A stretch of DNA of 64,000 nt from an uncultured Acidobacteriota bacterium (GTDB lineage Bacteria; Acidobacteriota; Thermoanaerobaculia; Gp7-AA8): positions 960,001-1,024,000 of the forward strand of contig CAWGHO010000001.1 in the NCBI GenBank assembly GCA_963822445.1, in the 5' to 3' direction. Below, in pieces: positions 11,302 to 20,787 of the stretch (its first letter is position 1; each line of letters opens with the position of its first letter). The notes beneath the pieces were generated by a model. It searched no databases. It was given only the letters and a program-made list of their open reading frames with translations, and was not told the origin of the DNA. A program made the position numbers and the translations under genes.

Positions 11302-12399
11302 CTAATGCACGAACTTCCGCCGGTTCCGGATGTAGTCCGCCAGGATGTACTCCCCCAGCCGGTCCGCCGAGGCGTAGAACGCCCGGCCGCGATTGATCTT
11401 CGAGAGCTGGTCGACGAAGTTCACCAGCATCGGATCGGTGGCCAGCATGAACGTCGTGATCGGAATTCCCTGACGGCGGCAGCGATCGGCCTCTTCGAGG
11501 GTGCGGTTCACGATCTTCATGTCCAGCCCGAACGAGTTCGTGTAGAGGCGGCCGTTCTCGGTCAGGGCCGAGGGCTTGCCGTCGGTGATCATGAAGATCT
11601 GTTTGTTGTTGTGTTTGCGCCGCCGGAGGATCCGCTGGGCGAGCTCGAGGCCGGCCTTCGTGTTCGTGTGATACGGCCCGACCTGCACGTAAGCGATCTC
11701 CGAGATCGGCACTTCCCTCGCCTCGTCCCCGAAGAGCAGCACGTCGATGGCGTCCTTCGGATACTTGGTCAGGATCAGTTCCGTCAGCGCGAGCGCGACC
11801 TTCTTCGCCGGCGTGATGCGATCCTCGCCGTAGAGGATCATCGAGTGGGAGATGTCGATCATCACCACCGTCGCGCAGCTCGAGGCGTGCTCGGTCTCGA
11901 AGACTTCCAGATCGTCCGCGGCGATGGTGATCGGATCCGCGGGGTCGTTGTGCTTCATCGCGTTCTGAATCGAGCGGATGGAGTCGATCGACATCGGATC
12001 GTCGCCGAACTGATAGGGCCGCGTCTCGGTGAGCCGTTCCGTTCCCTGCCCCGCCGTCGGCACGGAGTGCGATCCGCTCATCGACCGGTGCAACCCGCCG
12101 AAAATCTCGTCGAGAGCATCGCGGCGGATCTGCCGCTCCCCGCCCGCGGTCAGTGACAGATTGCCTTCATGATCGGCGGTGATGACGTTCTCAGCCATGA
12201 GCTGCGCGAAGAACTGATCGAGGTCGATGTTCTCGTCGAGATACCCGCGCTGCTGCAGCATGCGCATCCAGCGCATCGCCTCATCGACATCGCCACCGCT
12301 CTGCAGCAGAAGGTGATTGAAGAGCCGCCGCAGGCCCATCTCGGAAAGCAACTGGCGGATGAGATCCGGATCTAAGTGCGAGTACCGAGTTCGAGGCAT
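11302..12399 (-). CDS. VWA (von Willebrand factor A) domain protein, partner of the AAA+ ATPase
   Basis: MIDAS motif DISHSM, TNTKAGL and ITDG. Confidence 0.88.
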   Translation of the reverse strand: MPRTRYSHLDPDLIRQLLSEMGLRRLFNHLLLQSGGDVDEAMRWMRMLQQRGYLDENIDLDQFFAQLMAENVITADHEGNLSLTAGGERQIRRDALDEIFGGLHRSMSGSHSVPTAGQGTERLTETRPYQFGDDPMSIDSIRSIQNAMKHNDPADPITIAADDLEVFETEHASSCATVVMIDISHSMILYGEDRITPAKKVALALTELILTKYPKDAIDVLLFGDEAREVPISEIAYVQVGPYHTNTKAGLELAQRILRRRKHNNKQIFMITDGKPSALTENGRLYTNSFGLDMKIVNRTLEEADRCRRQGIPITTFMLATDPMLVNFVDQLSKINRGRAFYASADRLGEYILADYIRNRRKFVH

Positions 12400-12411
12400 G
12401 AGACGAAAGAT

Positions 12412-12493
12412 ATGAGTGATGAGTAATGAGGGATGAGTGATGAGGTATGAGTTCTGAAAACTCATACCTCATCACTCATTACTCATACCTCAT
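12412..12493. repeat. Hairpin made of tandem 7-nt units: (ATGAGnn)x6, 5-nt loop, (nnCTCAT)x5
   Basis: atgagtg atgagta atgaggg atgagtg atgaggt atgagtt ctgaa aactcat acctcat cactcat tactcat acctcat; the last unit contains the stop codon of the RHH-TPR gene. Confidence 0.9.
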
Positions 12494-12924
12494 GCCTCGC
12501 CTCTAGGCTTCATCTTCTGCAGTTTCTCGATCCAGCGGGCGATGGTGGGATTATTGGGCAGTTTCTCGTGGGCTTCCTCGAGCGCCAGTAGCGCGTCGCC
12601 TTCGCGGCCGAGCACCAGCAGAATCTGCACGCGCAACTCGACCAGCGACTGGTAGAGCGCGAAGTCGGTCATGTTGTGATTCGCCAGCAGCGACAGTGCG
12701 CGGGTCGTGAACTTCAGCGCCACCTCGGGTTTCGAATCGTTCAGCGCATCCGCGGCGAAGCGGTGCAGCATGCGGGGCGAGTCGCCGAGGAACGACTTCG
12801 CGTCGACGAACTGCAGGAGTGCTTCGCGAACCACTGACTCGTGATCGGGAAACCATCCATCGCGGATGATCCGGTCGATCTGGCGGGACAGTTCGTTGGG
12901 AATCTCGGCCGTCAACTTCGGCAT
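12490..12924 (-). CDS. Ribbon-helix-helix (CopG/Arc-like) N-terminal domain fused to TPR-like helices
   Basis: MPKLTAEIPNELSRQIDRIIRDGWFPDHESVVREAL follows the RHH beta-alpha-alpha pattern; C-terminal GREGDALLALEEAHEKLPNNP is TPR-like. Confidence 0.65.
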   Translation of the reverse strand: MPKLTAEIPNELSRQIDRIIRDGWFPDHESVVREALLQFVDAKSFLGDSPRMLHRFAADALNDSKPEVALKFTTRALSLLANHNMTDFALYQSLVELRVQILLVLGREGDALLALEEAHEKLPNNPTIARWIEKLQKMKPRGEA

Positions 12925-12975
12925 GGACCGCGATTGTAAGTCCCAAAGTCGCGGAGCGCGCCTCCGGCGCGTCGG

Positions 12976-13003
12976 AAAGCGGCGGCAGAGCCGCCGCACT
13001 CCA
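12976..13003. repeat. Short REP-like palindrome AAAGCGGCGGC-AGA-GCCGCCGCACTCCA
   Basis: 8-bp GC stem directly after the AAA+ gene stop; single copy in this window. Confidence 0.5.
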
Positions 13004-14599
13004 TCACACCGTCCGCAGCACGTTGAACTTCATCAGCTCGTGGAACGTGATCGTCGAATCCAGGTCCTCGCGCGCGAGCCGCAGGGCCTGATGCAATCCC
13101 TCCAGCACGAGCTCCATCCAGAACGCCACTTCCTCGTCGCGTGACGCACCGGAATGCTTCCGCGCAACGTCGGCGAGCTGGGGAACGCGCTTCAATTCGC
13201 CGAAGAACTCGGCGAAGGGCTGTTCATCGGAGAGGGTGATCTTGTTCCCGTCTGCGAACCAGCCGAGGATCGCGTCGTAGGCCGGTTCGTGCGGCGCGGT
13301 CGGCTTCGGCTCCTCGCGCGGCGGCTCTTTCTTCTTCGTCCGGCGGCTGGCGAACGCGTCGTCGAGATCATCGTGGTCGATCTCGATCTGCCCGTACCCA
13401 GGGCCGCGACGCTCGCGCGCCGCGCGCTCGCCGATGCCGGCGCGCTCGATCGGCGGGAACTTCGTCGCGAACAACTTGCCGACGGCCATGCCCACCAGCT
13501 TCCGGGCCACGACCTCCGCGCCCTGCTGCTCGCCTTCGTAAACCATCTCCACCTTGCCGGTGATCGCCGGCAACACCATCGAGAGATCGGAAAGCCGCGG
13601 AAAGACGAAGCGATCGCCGGTCATCGCCGCGCGGCGCTCCAGATTCGAATGCAGCAACTCCATGGCCGCGATGGTCAGCCGCGCGGACACGCCGGACGAC
13701 TGATCGACGAGATCCGATTCGCGCGCGACGAACGCCACCGACTCCACGAGGTCGCTCACGTACGCGGGAACTTCGATCTGCGCACCGTTTTCGCGTTCGA
13801 GCCACGCTTCCTGCTCGGTAATTCGCCGCGCGGTCTCGACCGACTGCGGGTAGTGCGTGAGGATCTGCGAATCGATGCGGTCCTTGAGCGGGGTGATGAT
13901 GTTCCCGCGGCTCGTGTAGTCCTCGGGATTCGCGCTGAACACGAGCACGACGTCCATCGGAATGCGGATCGGAAAGCCGCGGATCTGCAGGTCGCGCTCT
14001 TCGAGGATATTCAGCAGCGCCACCTGAATGCGCGGCGCGAGATCGGGCAGCTCGTTGATCGCGAAAATGCCGCGATTCGTGCGCGGGATGATGCCGTAGT
14101 GGATCACTTCCTCGTCGGCGTACGTCAGGCGCTGGTTCGCGGCCTTGATCGGATCGATGTCGCCGATGAGATCCGCGACAGTGACGTCCGGCGTCGCCAG
14201 CTTCTCGCGGTAGCGCTGATCGCGCTCGAGCCAGGAGACGTGCAGGTCCTCGCCCATTTCCGCGGCGAGGCGGCGGCACCGTTTGCAGGTCGGCTCGAAC
14301 GGTGAGTCGTTGATCTCGCATCCTTCGATGATCGGCACGCGCTCGTCGAGCAGCGCCGTCAGCGAGCGCAGGATGCGCGTCTTGGCCTGACCGCGCAGGC
14401 CGAGCAGGATGATGTCGTGCCGGGAGAGCACAGCGTTGTGAATCGCAGGAATGACCGTCCGCTCGTAACCGTGGATTCCGGGGAAGGTGGTCTCCCCTTT
14501 TGCGATCTTCCGGAGCAGGTTCGAGCGCATCTCGTCCTTGACGGAACGGACGCGCGTGGCCGACGCGCGCAGCTCGCCGAGGGTGTGAATCGCCGTCAT
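13004..14599 (-). CDS. Magnesium chelatase subunit I-like / MoxR-related AAA+ ATPase
   Basis: Variant Walker A GLRGQAKT, Walker B FAINELPDL, ANPEDYT..G.IITPLKDR; same strand and upstream of the VWA gene. Confidence 0.85.
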   Translation of the reverse strand: MTAIHTLGELRASATRVRSVKDEMRSNLLRKIAKGETTFPGIHGYERTVIPAIHNAVLSRHDIILLGLRGQAKTRILRSLTALLDERVPIIEGCEINDSPFEPTCKRCRRLAAEMGEDLHVSWLERDQRYREKLATPDVTVADLIGDIDPIKAANQRLTYADEEVIHYGIIPRTNRGIFAINELPDLAPRIQVALLNILEERDLQIRGFPIRIPMDVVLVFSANPEDYTSRGNIITPLKDRIDSQILTHYPQSVETARRITEQEAWLERENGAQIEVPAYVSDLVESVAFVARESDLVDQSSGVSARLTIAAMELLHSNLERRAAMTGDRFVFPRLSDLSMVLPAITGKVEMVYEGEQQGAEVVARKLVGMAVGKLFATKFPPIERAGIGERAARERRGPGYGQIEIDHDDLDDAFASRRTKKKEPPREEPKPTAPHEPAYDAILGWFADGNKITLSDEQPFAEFFGELKRVPQLADVARKHSGASRDEEVAFWMELVLEGLHQALRLAREDLDSTITFHELMKFNVLRTV

Positions 14600-15177
14600 G
14601 CGGGCGAGGGTAGCACGTCGTCTTTGTTGTATTGATTCATCGCGCGCTTGAGATCGTCGCGGCAGAAAAGGACCAGCGCATCGACCGCTTTGGCGATGGC
14701 CTGATCGATGGCCGGCTGCTCGTCCGGCGTGAACTCGTCGAGCACGTAATCGCGCAGGTTTCCCTCACCCGCCGAGCCGATTCCGACGCGCAGCCTCGGA
14801 AAGTTCTCGCTCTGCAGCTCGCTGATGATCGAGCGCATGCCGTTGTGCGTTCCTGCTGACCCGTTCGGCCGGATGCGCAGCCGCGCCAGCGGCAGATCGA
14901 TGTCGTCGTAAACCACCATCAGGTCCTGCGTCGACTCGAGATACGCGTTGACCAGCAGCCGCACCGAGTCACCGGAAAGGTTCATGTAAGTCAGGGGCTT
15001 GCCCACCATCACGCTGCCGCCGGCCACCCGCCCTGTCCCGGTCATGGCGCTCTTCTCGTGGCGCGACAGCTCGATGCGGAACTTCTTGGCAAAGGCGTCG
15101 ATGACCTGCCATCCGACGTTGTGCCGCGTTCGCTCGTACTCGGCGCCCGGATTGCCCAGGCCGACGATCAATTTCAT
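14596..15177 (-). CDS. pth: Peptidyl-tRNA hydrolase
   Basis: LIVGLGNPG.EY..TRHNVG, KPLTYMNLSG, DDIDLP and GTHNGMRSI. Confidence 0.97.
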   Translation of the reverse strand: MKLIVGLGNPGAEYERTRHNVGWQVIDAFAKKFRIELSRHEKSAMTGTGRVAGGSVMVGKPLTYMNLSGDSVRLLVNAYLESTQDLMVVYDDIDLPLARLRIRPNGSAGTHNGMRSIISELQSENFPRLRVGIGSAGEGNLRDYVLDEFTPDEQPAIDQAIAKAVDALVLFCRDDLKRAMNQYNKDDVLPSPA

Positions 15178-15236
15178 GCGCGCGGAGGGTACAACGGGTA
15201 GGGATCTGCGTCGCGCCCGACTCTCCTTTTTCGATC

Positions 15237-16994
15237 ATGAGACGAATCAGCGCCGCCCTTGCACTTCTCTTCTGCCTGTCCGCCGTTGCCGCGCCGCCGA
15301 AACATCTCCCGCAGAACTGGTCGGCCATCGACTGGGACTGGTTCTACACGACGCCGCAGGGATCGAAGCTGATCCCGTACGGATGGGCGCTCGCGCTCGA
15401 GGAGGCCGGCAATGACAAGCTGTTCCTCGCCGACGGCCTGGCGCGTCTCGGCTATCTGCCGAACGCGAAGAGCTCGGACAATCCCGACGGCCTGCCGGTC
15501 GGCTTCGTCCGAGATCCCGCCCACGCCGGCGATCACCTCGGCATGACCTGCGCCGCCTGCCACACGAGCCAGCTCAACTACAAAGGCACGATCTACCAAG
15601 TCGATGGCGCGCCGACGGACGCCGATCTGTTCGGACTGCTCGCGGAGATGTCCGAGTCGTTGCAGGCGACGACGGTCAGTGCGTCCGATCCGAAGTTCCT
15701 CCGCTTCGCCGGCCGCGTCCTCGGAACGAAAAACAGCGCCGCGCGGCGTGCCGACCTCTATTCGAAGGTGAAGGCGTTCTCGCGTTACTTCGCGGACTTC
15801 GTCGCGGCCACGTCCTCACCCACGCAATGGGGTCCGGCGCGCGCTGACGCGTTCGGCGCGATCTTCAACCGCGTCACCGCCATCGACCTGAACATCCCCG
15901 CGAACAACCGCCCACCGAACGCACCGGTCAGTTACCCGTTCCTCTGGGACACGTCGTGGCACAACGTCGTGCAGTGGAACGGCTCCGCGCCGAACACGCA
16001 CGCCGTGCTCCGGCTCGCCCGCAACGTCGGCGAAGTCCTCGGCGTCTTCGCCGAGATCGACATCCGCAAGCCCAAACCGCTGCACTGGTTCTACGCGTCG
16101 AGCGCGAATCGCATCAATCTTCTGGAGATCGAGGACCGCCTCGCCAACCTCCGCGCGCCGAAATGGACGGACACGATCTTTCCGCCGATCGACTCCGCCA
16201 AAGCCGCGCGCGGCCAGCAGATCTACACGCAGCAATGCTTGAGCTGCCACGCCATCGCCACGCCCGGAGTCCATCAGGACGTGGTGATGACACCGCTCGC
16301 GACCGCGGGGACCGACCCGGAGATGGCGACCGTCGCCGCCACGCGAACGGCGAAAACCGGCGTGCTGGAAGGCGTCCCGTCGATGGTCCTCCTCGGCCCG
16401 AAGCTCGGCGCGACCGAGCCGGCCGGCACGATCACGTTCAACGCCGTGGTCGGCGCGATTCTCTCGCCCATCCCCAGCGATTGGTTCAAGGGATCGCCCG
16501 GCACGGCGTCCACGAAAACGGCGAAAGCCTCGTCGGCAACGCGAACCGGCGAAGGATCGGAGCACGACCTGCGACTCGATCTGCTGTCGGCCATTCATCA
16601 GAAGTCCTCGAAGGCCAAGCCCGCGAATCACGATGCGCCCGAGGATCCGGTGAAGGACGACCTCGAGGATGCGGTCGCGGCGATGAAGGACCAGGCGGCG
16701 ACGGGGCTGGCCTACAAAGCGCGGCCGCTCGACGGGATCTGGGCAACCGCGCCGTATCTGCACAACGGCTCCGTGCCGACGCTGCACGACCTGCTGTTGC
16801 CGCCCGCGCAACGACCGAAGACGTTCCGCGTGGGCAGCCGCGAGCTCGACCCGGTCAAAGTCGGCTTCGACAACGCGGGCCGGTTCCTGTTCGACACCAG
16901 TCTGGTCGCGAACAGCAATGGCGGACACGACTGGGGAACGGTGTTGCCGGCGAGCGATCGGGAGGCGCTCATCGAATATCTGAAATCGCTTTAA
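15237..16994 (+). CDS. Secreted di-heme c-type cytochrome (RoxA/MauG/CCP-like superfamily)
   Basis: Signal peptide; two CxxCH motifs (CAACH, CLSCH); GIWATAPYLHNGSVPTL. Confidence 0.85.
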   Translation: MRRISAALALLFCLSAVAAPPKHLPQNWSAIDWDWFYTTPQGSKLIPYGWALALEEAGNDKLFLADGLARLGYLPNAKSSDNPDGLPVGFVRDPAHAGDHLGMTCAACHTSQLNYKGTIYQVDGAPTDADLFGLLAEMSESLQATTVSASDPKFLRFAGRVLGTKNSAARRADLYSKVKAFSRYFADFVAATSSPTQWGPARADAFGAIFNRVTAIDLNIPANNRPPNAPVSYPFLWDTSWHNVVQWNGSAPNTHAVLRLARNVGEVLGVFAEIDIRKPKPLHWFYASSANRINLLEIEDRLANLRAPKWTDTIFPPIDSAKAARGQQIYTQQCLSCHAIATPGVHQDVVMTPLATAGTDPEMATVAATRTAKTGVLEGVPSMVLLGPKLGATEPAGTITFNAVVGAILSPIPSDWFKGSPGTASTKTAKASSATRTGEGSEHDLRLDLLSAIHQKSSKAKPANHDAPEDPVKDDLEDAVAAMKDQAATGLAYKARPLDGIWATAPYLHNGSVPTLHDLLLPPAQRPKTFRVGSRELDPVKVGFDNAGRFLFDTSLVANSNGGHDWGTVLPASDREALIEYLKSL

Positions 16995-17006
16995 CATGGC
17001 GGCCCC

Positions 17007-18131
17007 ATGGAGAAGCGGGAGCGGATCGTCGTCATCGACGACAGCGCGAATGATTTGCAGGTGACCCGGCGCTTTCTCGAGCGCCGCGGATACGACGCCG
17101 TGCCCGCACTTTCCGGCGAGGAAGGCCTTCGCCTGGCCCGGCAGGTCCTTCCGGACGCGTTCGTCATCGACTACCGGATGCCGGCGATGGATGGGTTCGA
17201 AGTCACCCGCCAGGTCAAAGCCGATCCCGAGCTCCAGACCATCCCCGTGCTCATGCTCACGGGCGCCGACGCGCCGCAGACGATCGTCGACGGCCTCAGC
17301 GCGGGCGCCGACGACTACGTCACCAAAGGTTCCGATACGGAAGTGCTCGTCGCGCGATTGCGCGCGCTGCTCCGGGTCAAGGCCTATCAGGATCAGCTGC
17401 GGCGGATGAACCAGCAGATGACCCGCGATCTGCAGATCGCGCGGCGCGTGCAGGAGGCGCTCGTTCCGCAGCGCACGTTCCGCTCGCAGAACATCGAGAT
17501 CCGCTCGGCCTACATCCCCAGCGAAGTGCTCAGCGGCGATTTCTACGACTACTTTCTGCAGGACAACCTGATGTACCTGTTCGTGGCCGACGTCTCCGGC
17601 CACGGCCTGCCCGCGGCGATTCTCGTGTCGCTGCTGAAGAGCTACATCCACACCGAGGCGACGCCGGATGGGTCGCTGGCGGAGTTCATGACCCGGCTTA
17701 ACGACTTCCTGTTCAGCGTGAGCCTGCCCACGCAGTTCGCGACCGCGGCGCTGTTCCGGATGAACGAGCAGCGCCAGATCGTCTACTCGAACGCCGCCCA
17801 CCCGCCGTTCCTGCTCTACGAGCGCAAGCGGAAACGCACCACCGTTTACGAGCAGCCCAGCAATCTCCTCGGCGCGATGCCGAACATGGCTTTCGAGGAG
17901 CACAGCCTCACCGTCGCGCCCGGCGACACGCTCTTCGTCTACACCGACGGGCTCACCGACCGGCGGAACGCGGAGGGCGACTTCTACTCGATCGACCGCG
18001 TCGCGGCGATGCTCGAGCGCGACACGGACCTCGCCGAAACGTACGACGCGATCTTCGCCGACGTGCAGGGCTTCGCCGCCTCGGAAGAATTCAAGGACGA
18101 CATTGCGTTCGTGGTGACGCGGTTCCACTGA
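17007..18131 (+). CDS. Response regulator receiver + PP2C/SpoIIE protein phosphatase
   Basis: REC motifs IDD, DYRMPAMDG and K; SpoIIE motifs SGDFYD, ADVSGHG, YTDGL and DDIA. Confidence 0.92.
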   Translation: MEKRERIVVIDDSANDLQVTRRFLERRGYDAVPALSGEEGLRLARQVLPDAFVIDYRMPAMDGFEVTRQVKADPELQTIPVLMLTGADAPQTIVDGLSAGADDYVTKGSDTEVLVARLRALLRVKAYQDQLRRMNQQMTRDLQIARRVQEALVPQRTFRSQNIEIRSAYIPSEVLSGDFYDYFLQDNLMYLFVADVSGHGLPAAILVSLLKSYIHTEATPDGSLAEFMTRLNDFLFSVSLPTQFATAALFRMNEQRQIVYSNAAHPPFLLYERKRKRTTVYEQPSNLLGAMPNMAFEEHSLTVAPGDTLFVYTDGLTDRRNAEGDFYSIDRVAAMLERDTDLAETYDAIFADVQGFAASEEFKDDIAFVVTRFH

Positions 18132-18138
18132 ACGCAAG

Positions 18139-19155
18139 ATGAAGAAAATCCTGGCCCTTCTCCTCCTCGCGGCTACCAGCGCGCTCGCAAACGGCCGCCG
18201 GGAGCCGTTCCCCGACGACTACACGCCGCATCCCTGTGCGCCGGCGGCGACCTGCCAGACCATCCCGCAGTCGCAGTTCGTCGACATGGCCGCGCTCGCC
18301 AAAGGCTTCGCCATCGACAACGACTGGCTGGACGAGAACTGGAACCGGATGATCGAGCTCACCAAGCCGGTCTGCGGGAAGCTGGGGACCTGTCTGGCGA
18401 CGCCGGGCAACCTCTCCGTCTTCTGCATGGATCTCATCTGGCCGGAGATCATCGCCACGTGCGACCGTTTCGAGAAAGGCACTCAGGACTTCGACCAGTG
18501 CTCGATGTTCATGCGCACGTTCGCGATCGGCGCCGATCTTCGCGACAAGAAACCGTGGCAGGAAGCGCAGGCCTGCGCCGCGAAAACGCCGCGAACCGGC
18601 GAGCGCACGATGGAGGCCTGGATCGAGCCGGCCGATTTCTCGACGTACGACGGTTCGTTCCGGGTGTACGCGATCGATACCGAGACGCACGTGCCGGTGA
18701 TGGCGCTCGTGTCCATCCCTGACACGACCCTTCGCGCCGGCGCGCCCGGTGGCAAGCCGTACATCGGTTACGACATCAAGTGGAAGCCGAAGTTCCTCCG
18801 CGTCCCGAACGCGGACGGCCACACCGATCTCGCCGCGCCGAAGATCACTGTCACCGCTGAAAACTACGCGCCAGTGACGCTCGACATACCTATGAAGCCG
18901 GGCCAAGTGATCGTGGAGATGAATCCGCCTGTCTCGCAGCTCACCCGTGGCAAGAACACGATCACCGTGACCGCGCGCGACGCCGCGACGAACAAGCCCG
19001 TCGAGCTCCGCGTCCTCGCAGGAGAGACGATCCTCGGCGACACGAACAAGCCGCTGGAGATCGAGCTCAAGAAGGGGCAGAAGCGGCCGGAGATCTGGGC
19101 GACGTCTCTGTTCAACGTGTACAGCGACGTGGTCGTCGCACCGGCTGAAAAGTAA
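18139..19155 (+). CDS. Secreted hypothetical protein (Cys-rich N-terminal domain, beta-rich C-terminal region)
   Basis: Signal peptide MKKILALLLLAATSALA; eight Cys in the N-terminal half; typical codon usage. Confidence 0.7.
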   Translation: MKKILALLLLAATSALANGRREPFPDDYTPHPCAPAATCQTIPQSQFVDMAALAKGFAIDNDWLDENWNRMIELTKPVCGKLGTCLATPGNLSVFCMDLIWPEIIATCDRFEKGTQDFDQCSMFMRTFAIGADLRDKKPWQEAQACAAKTPRTGERTMEAWIEPADFSTYDGSFRVYAIDTETHVPVMALVSIPDTTLRAGAPGGKPYIGYDIKWKPKFLRVPNADGHTDLAAPKITVTAENYAPVTLDIPMKPGQVIVEMNPPVSQLTRGKNTITVTARDAATNKPVELRVLAGETILGDTNKPLEIELKKGQKRPEIWATSLFNVYSDVVVAPAEK

Positions 19156-19212
19156 TGAGGTATGAGGTATGAGTAATGAGTAGAGCGCTTCTACTCATAC
19201 CTCATCACTCAT
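19155..19212. repeat. Hairpin of tandem 7-nt units, (ATGAGnn)x4 / (nnCTCAT)x3, between convergent genes; probable bidirectional terminator
   Basis: atgaggt atgaggt atgagta atgagta gagcgcttc tactcat acctcat cactcat; overlaps both stop codons; same unit family as 12412-12493. Confidence 0.85.
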
Positions 19213-19624
19213 CACTTTCGAGCAGTTCTTCGAGATCGCGCTCCGCGAAAAGCTCGTCCGTGATTCCGGCATGCTTCTCCGTGCCGTAGTACCACGCGGC
19301 CTTGATCTCCGGTGACTCCGGAAACCCGCCGTCGTAAACCGAACACTCCAGCGATCGCAATCGTCCGCTGTACACGTTGAGCGCGGTGTCGACCGGCGTC
19401 TTCGCACCTTCGAGCTCGACCTGCAGGTCGTCGAGATGCATCAGCTTCCGATCGATCGCCTCCGCGGACGCGGGGACGTCGAAACGCGTGACGAAGCCGG
19501 TAGGTGTGATCTCGCGATCGCGAACCGTCGCCACTTCGTACTGCGCGCGCAGGGTCTCCAGAAGCGGGTCGTCGCCCGCGAGGAGCGCCTGCATCACGGC
19601 CCGTTCGAATTGTTCGAGAGTCAC
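19205..19624 (-). CDS. Hypothetical acidic protein (139 aa)
   Basis: GTG start overlapping the upstream stop; typical codon usage. Confidence 0.7.
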   Translation of the reverse strand: MTLEQFERAVMQALLAGDDPLLETLRAQYEVATVRDREITPTGFVTRFDVPASAEAIDRKLMHLDDLQVELEGAKTPVDTALNVYSGRLRSLECSVYDGGFPESPEIKAAWYYGTEKHAGITDELFAERDLEELLESDE

Positions 19625-20712
19625 TAGGCGATTCGCTGGAGCAGCTCGACGGCTTGCGGCTTCTTGTCGTAGCGGACGTCGGTCGCGGCGATCTTCTCCA
19701 GATACTTCCGCGCGTCGGCCGAGGCGTCGCGGCGCAGGTGGCAGCGCGCGATCCAGAACCAGGTGTCGACCACGTACTCGTTCTCGCTGAAGCGGTGCGT
19801 CTGCACGGCCTTTTCGAACGAGGCCACGGCGTCGTCGTACTTTTCCTGCGCGTAGTAAATGCGGCCGAGGTGGGAGAGCGCGTCGAAGAAATCGAACGAA
19901 GTCTGATCGACGCTGCCGATCACGCGGCGGTAAAAGCCCTCCGCTTCCGGATACGCGCGGCGATCGAAGTGAATCGCGCCGCAGAACAGCAACGCGTTCC
20001 GGAAGAAGTAGGAGTTGAAGAAGGGCTTGTTCTCGTCGAAGAGCGCCAGGGCCTCGCCGAAGAGGTGCAGGGCCTCGTCGTAATCCTGAAGCGCGTACGA
20101 GTTCAGCGCCTTGAGCGCCAGCGCCTGCGCGGTCACGTTGTCGTTCGGCGAGTAGCGCATCGACTGGTCGTGCAGGTCTTTGGCCTTCGCGAAGTCGCGC
20201 TCTTCGTGTGAGAGGTGGCCGAGGATCACGTACGACTTATACTTGATGTCGTTCGCTTCGTCCGACTCCTCGGAAGCACACGCCGCGCTGAACCCCTCGC
20301 GCGCGCGACCGAGATCGCCGGCATACAGCGCCGCGACGGCGCGGTAGTACGTCGCTTCGAGCGTGGTGAGCACCGAGCTTTTCTCGCGGCTCATGTCGTC
20401 GATGAACTTCGTCACCAGCTGCGCGAGCAGGCGATTCTCCGAGCTCGGGTCGACGATGAAGTTCTGCAGGTAGACGAGCCGGTTCTCGAGGATGCGCATC
20501 ATCTCCAGCATGATGGTGATGCGCTCCTGGTCCGCGGGCGCGTCCTTGAACATCGACGCAAGCTGGCGCTGGAGCGTCTGGTACTTGCCGTCGTATTCGT
20601 GGAGGGAGCCGTCAGAGAGGTCGCCGGGCTCGTTCTGGAGTTTCGTTTCAACAGCGACACGCTCATCGACGATCTGTCGGAGGCGCGTCGCGAGATCTGT
20701 GCGGTCTGCCAT
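19624..20712 (-). CDS. Tetratricopeptide repeat protein
   Basis: Repeated TPR-like helices, e.g. ALSHLGRIYYAQEKYDDAVASFEKAV; N-terminal coiled coil. Confidence 0.8.
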   Translation of the reverse strand: MADRTDLATRLRQIVDERVAVETKLQNEPGDLSDGSLHEYDGKYQTLQRQLASMFKDAPADQERITIMLEMMRILENRLVYLQNFIVDPSSENRLLAQLVTKFIDDMSREKSSVLTTLEATYYRAVAALYAGDLGRAREGFSAACASEESDEANDIKYKSYVILGHLSHEERDFAKAKDLHDQSMRYSPNDNVTAQALALKALNSYALQDYDEALHLFGEALALFDENKPFFNSYFFRNALLFCGAIHFDRRAYPEAEGFYRRVIGSVDQTSFDFFDALSHLGRIYYAQEKYDDAVASFEKAVQTHRFSENEYVVDTWFWIARCHLRRDASADARKYLEKIAATDVRYDKKPQAVELLQRIA

Positions 20713-20787
20713 GTAATTGCCCGTTCTATCAGGGGTTACAGTCGCCTGCAATGGCCGCGCCGGACTCAACGGTCGATTAATTTGGGG

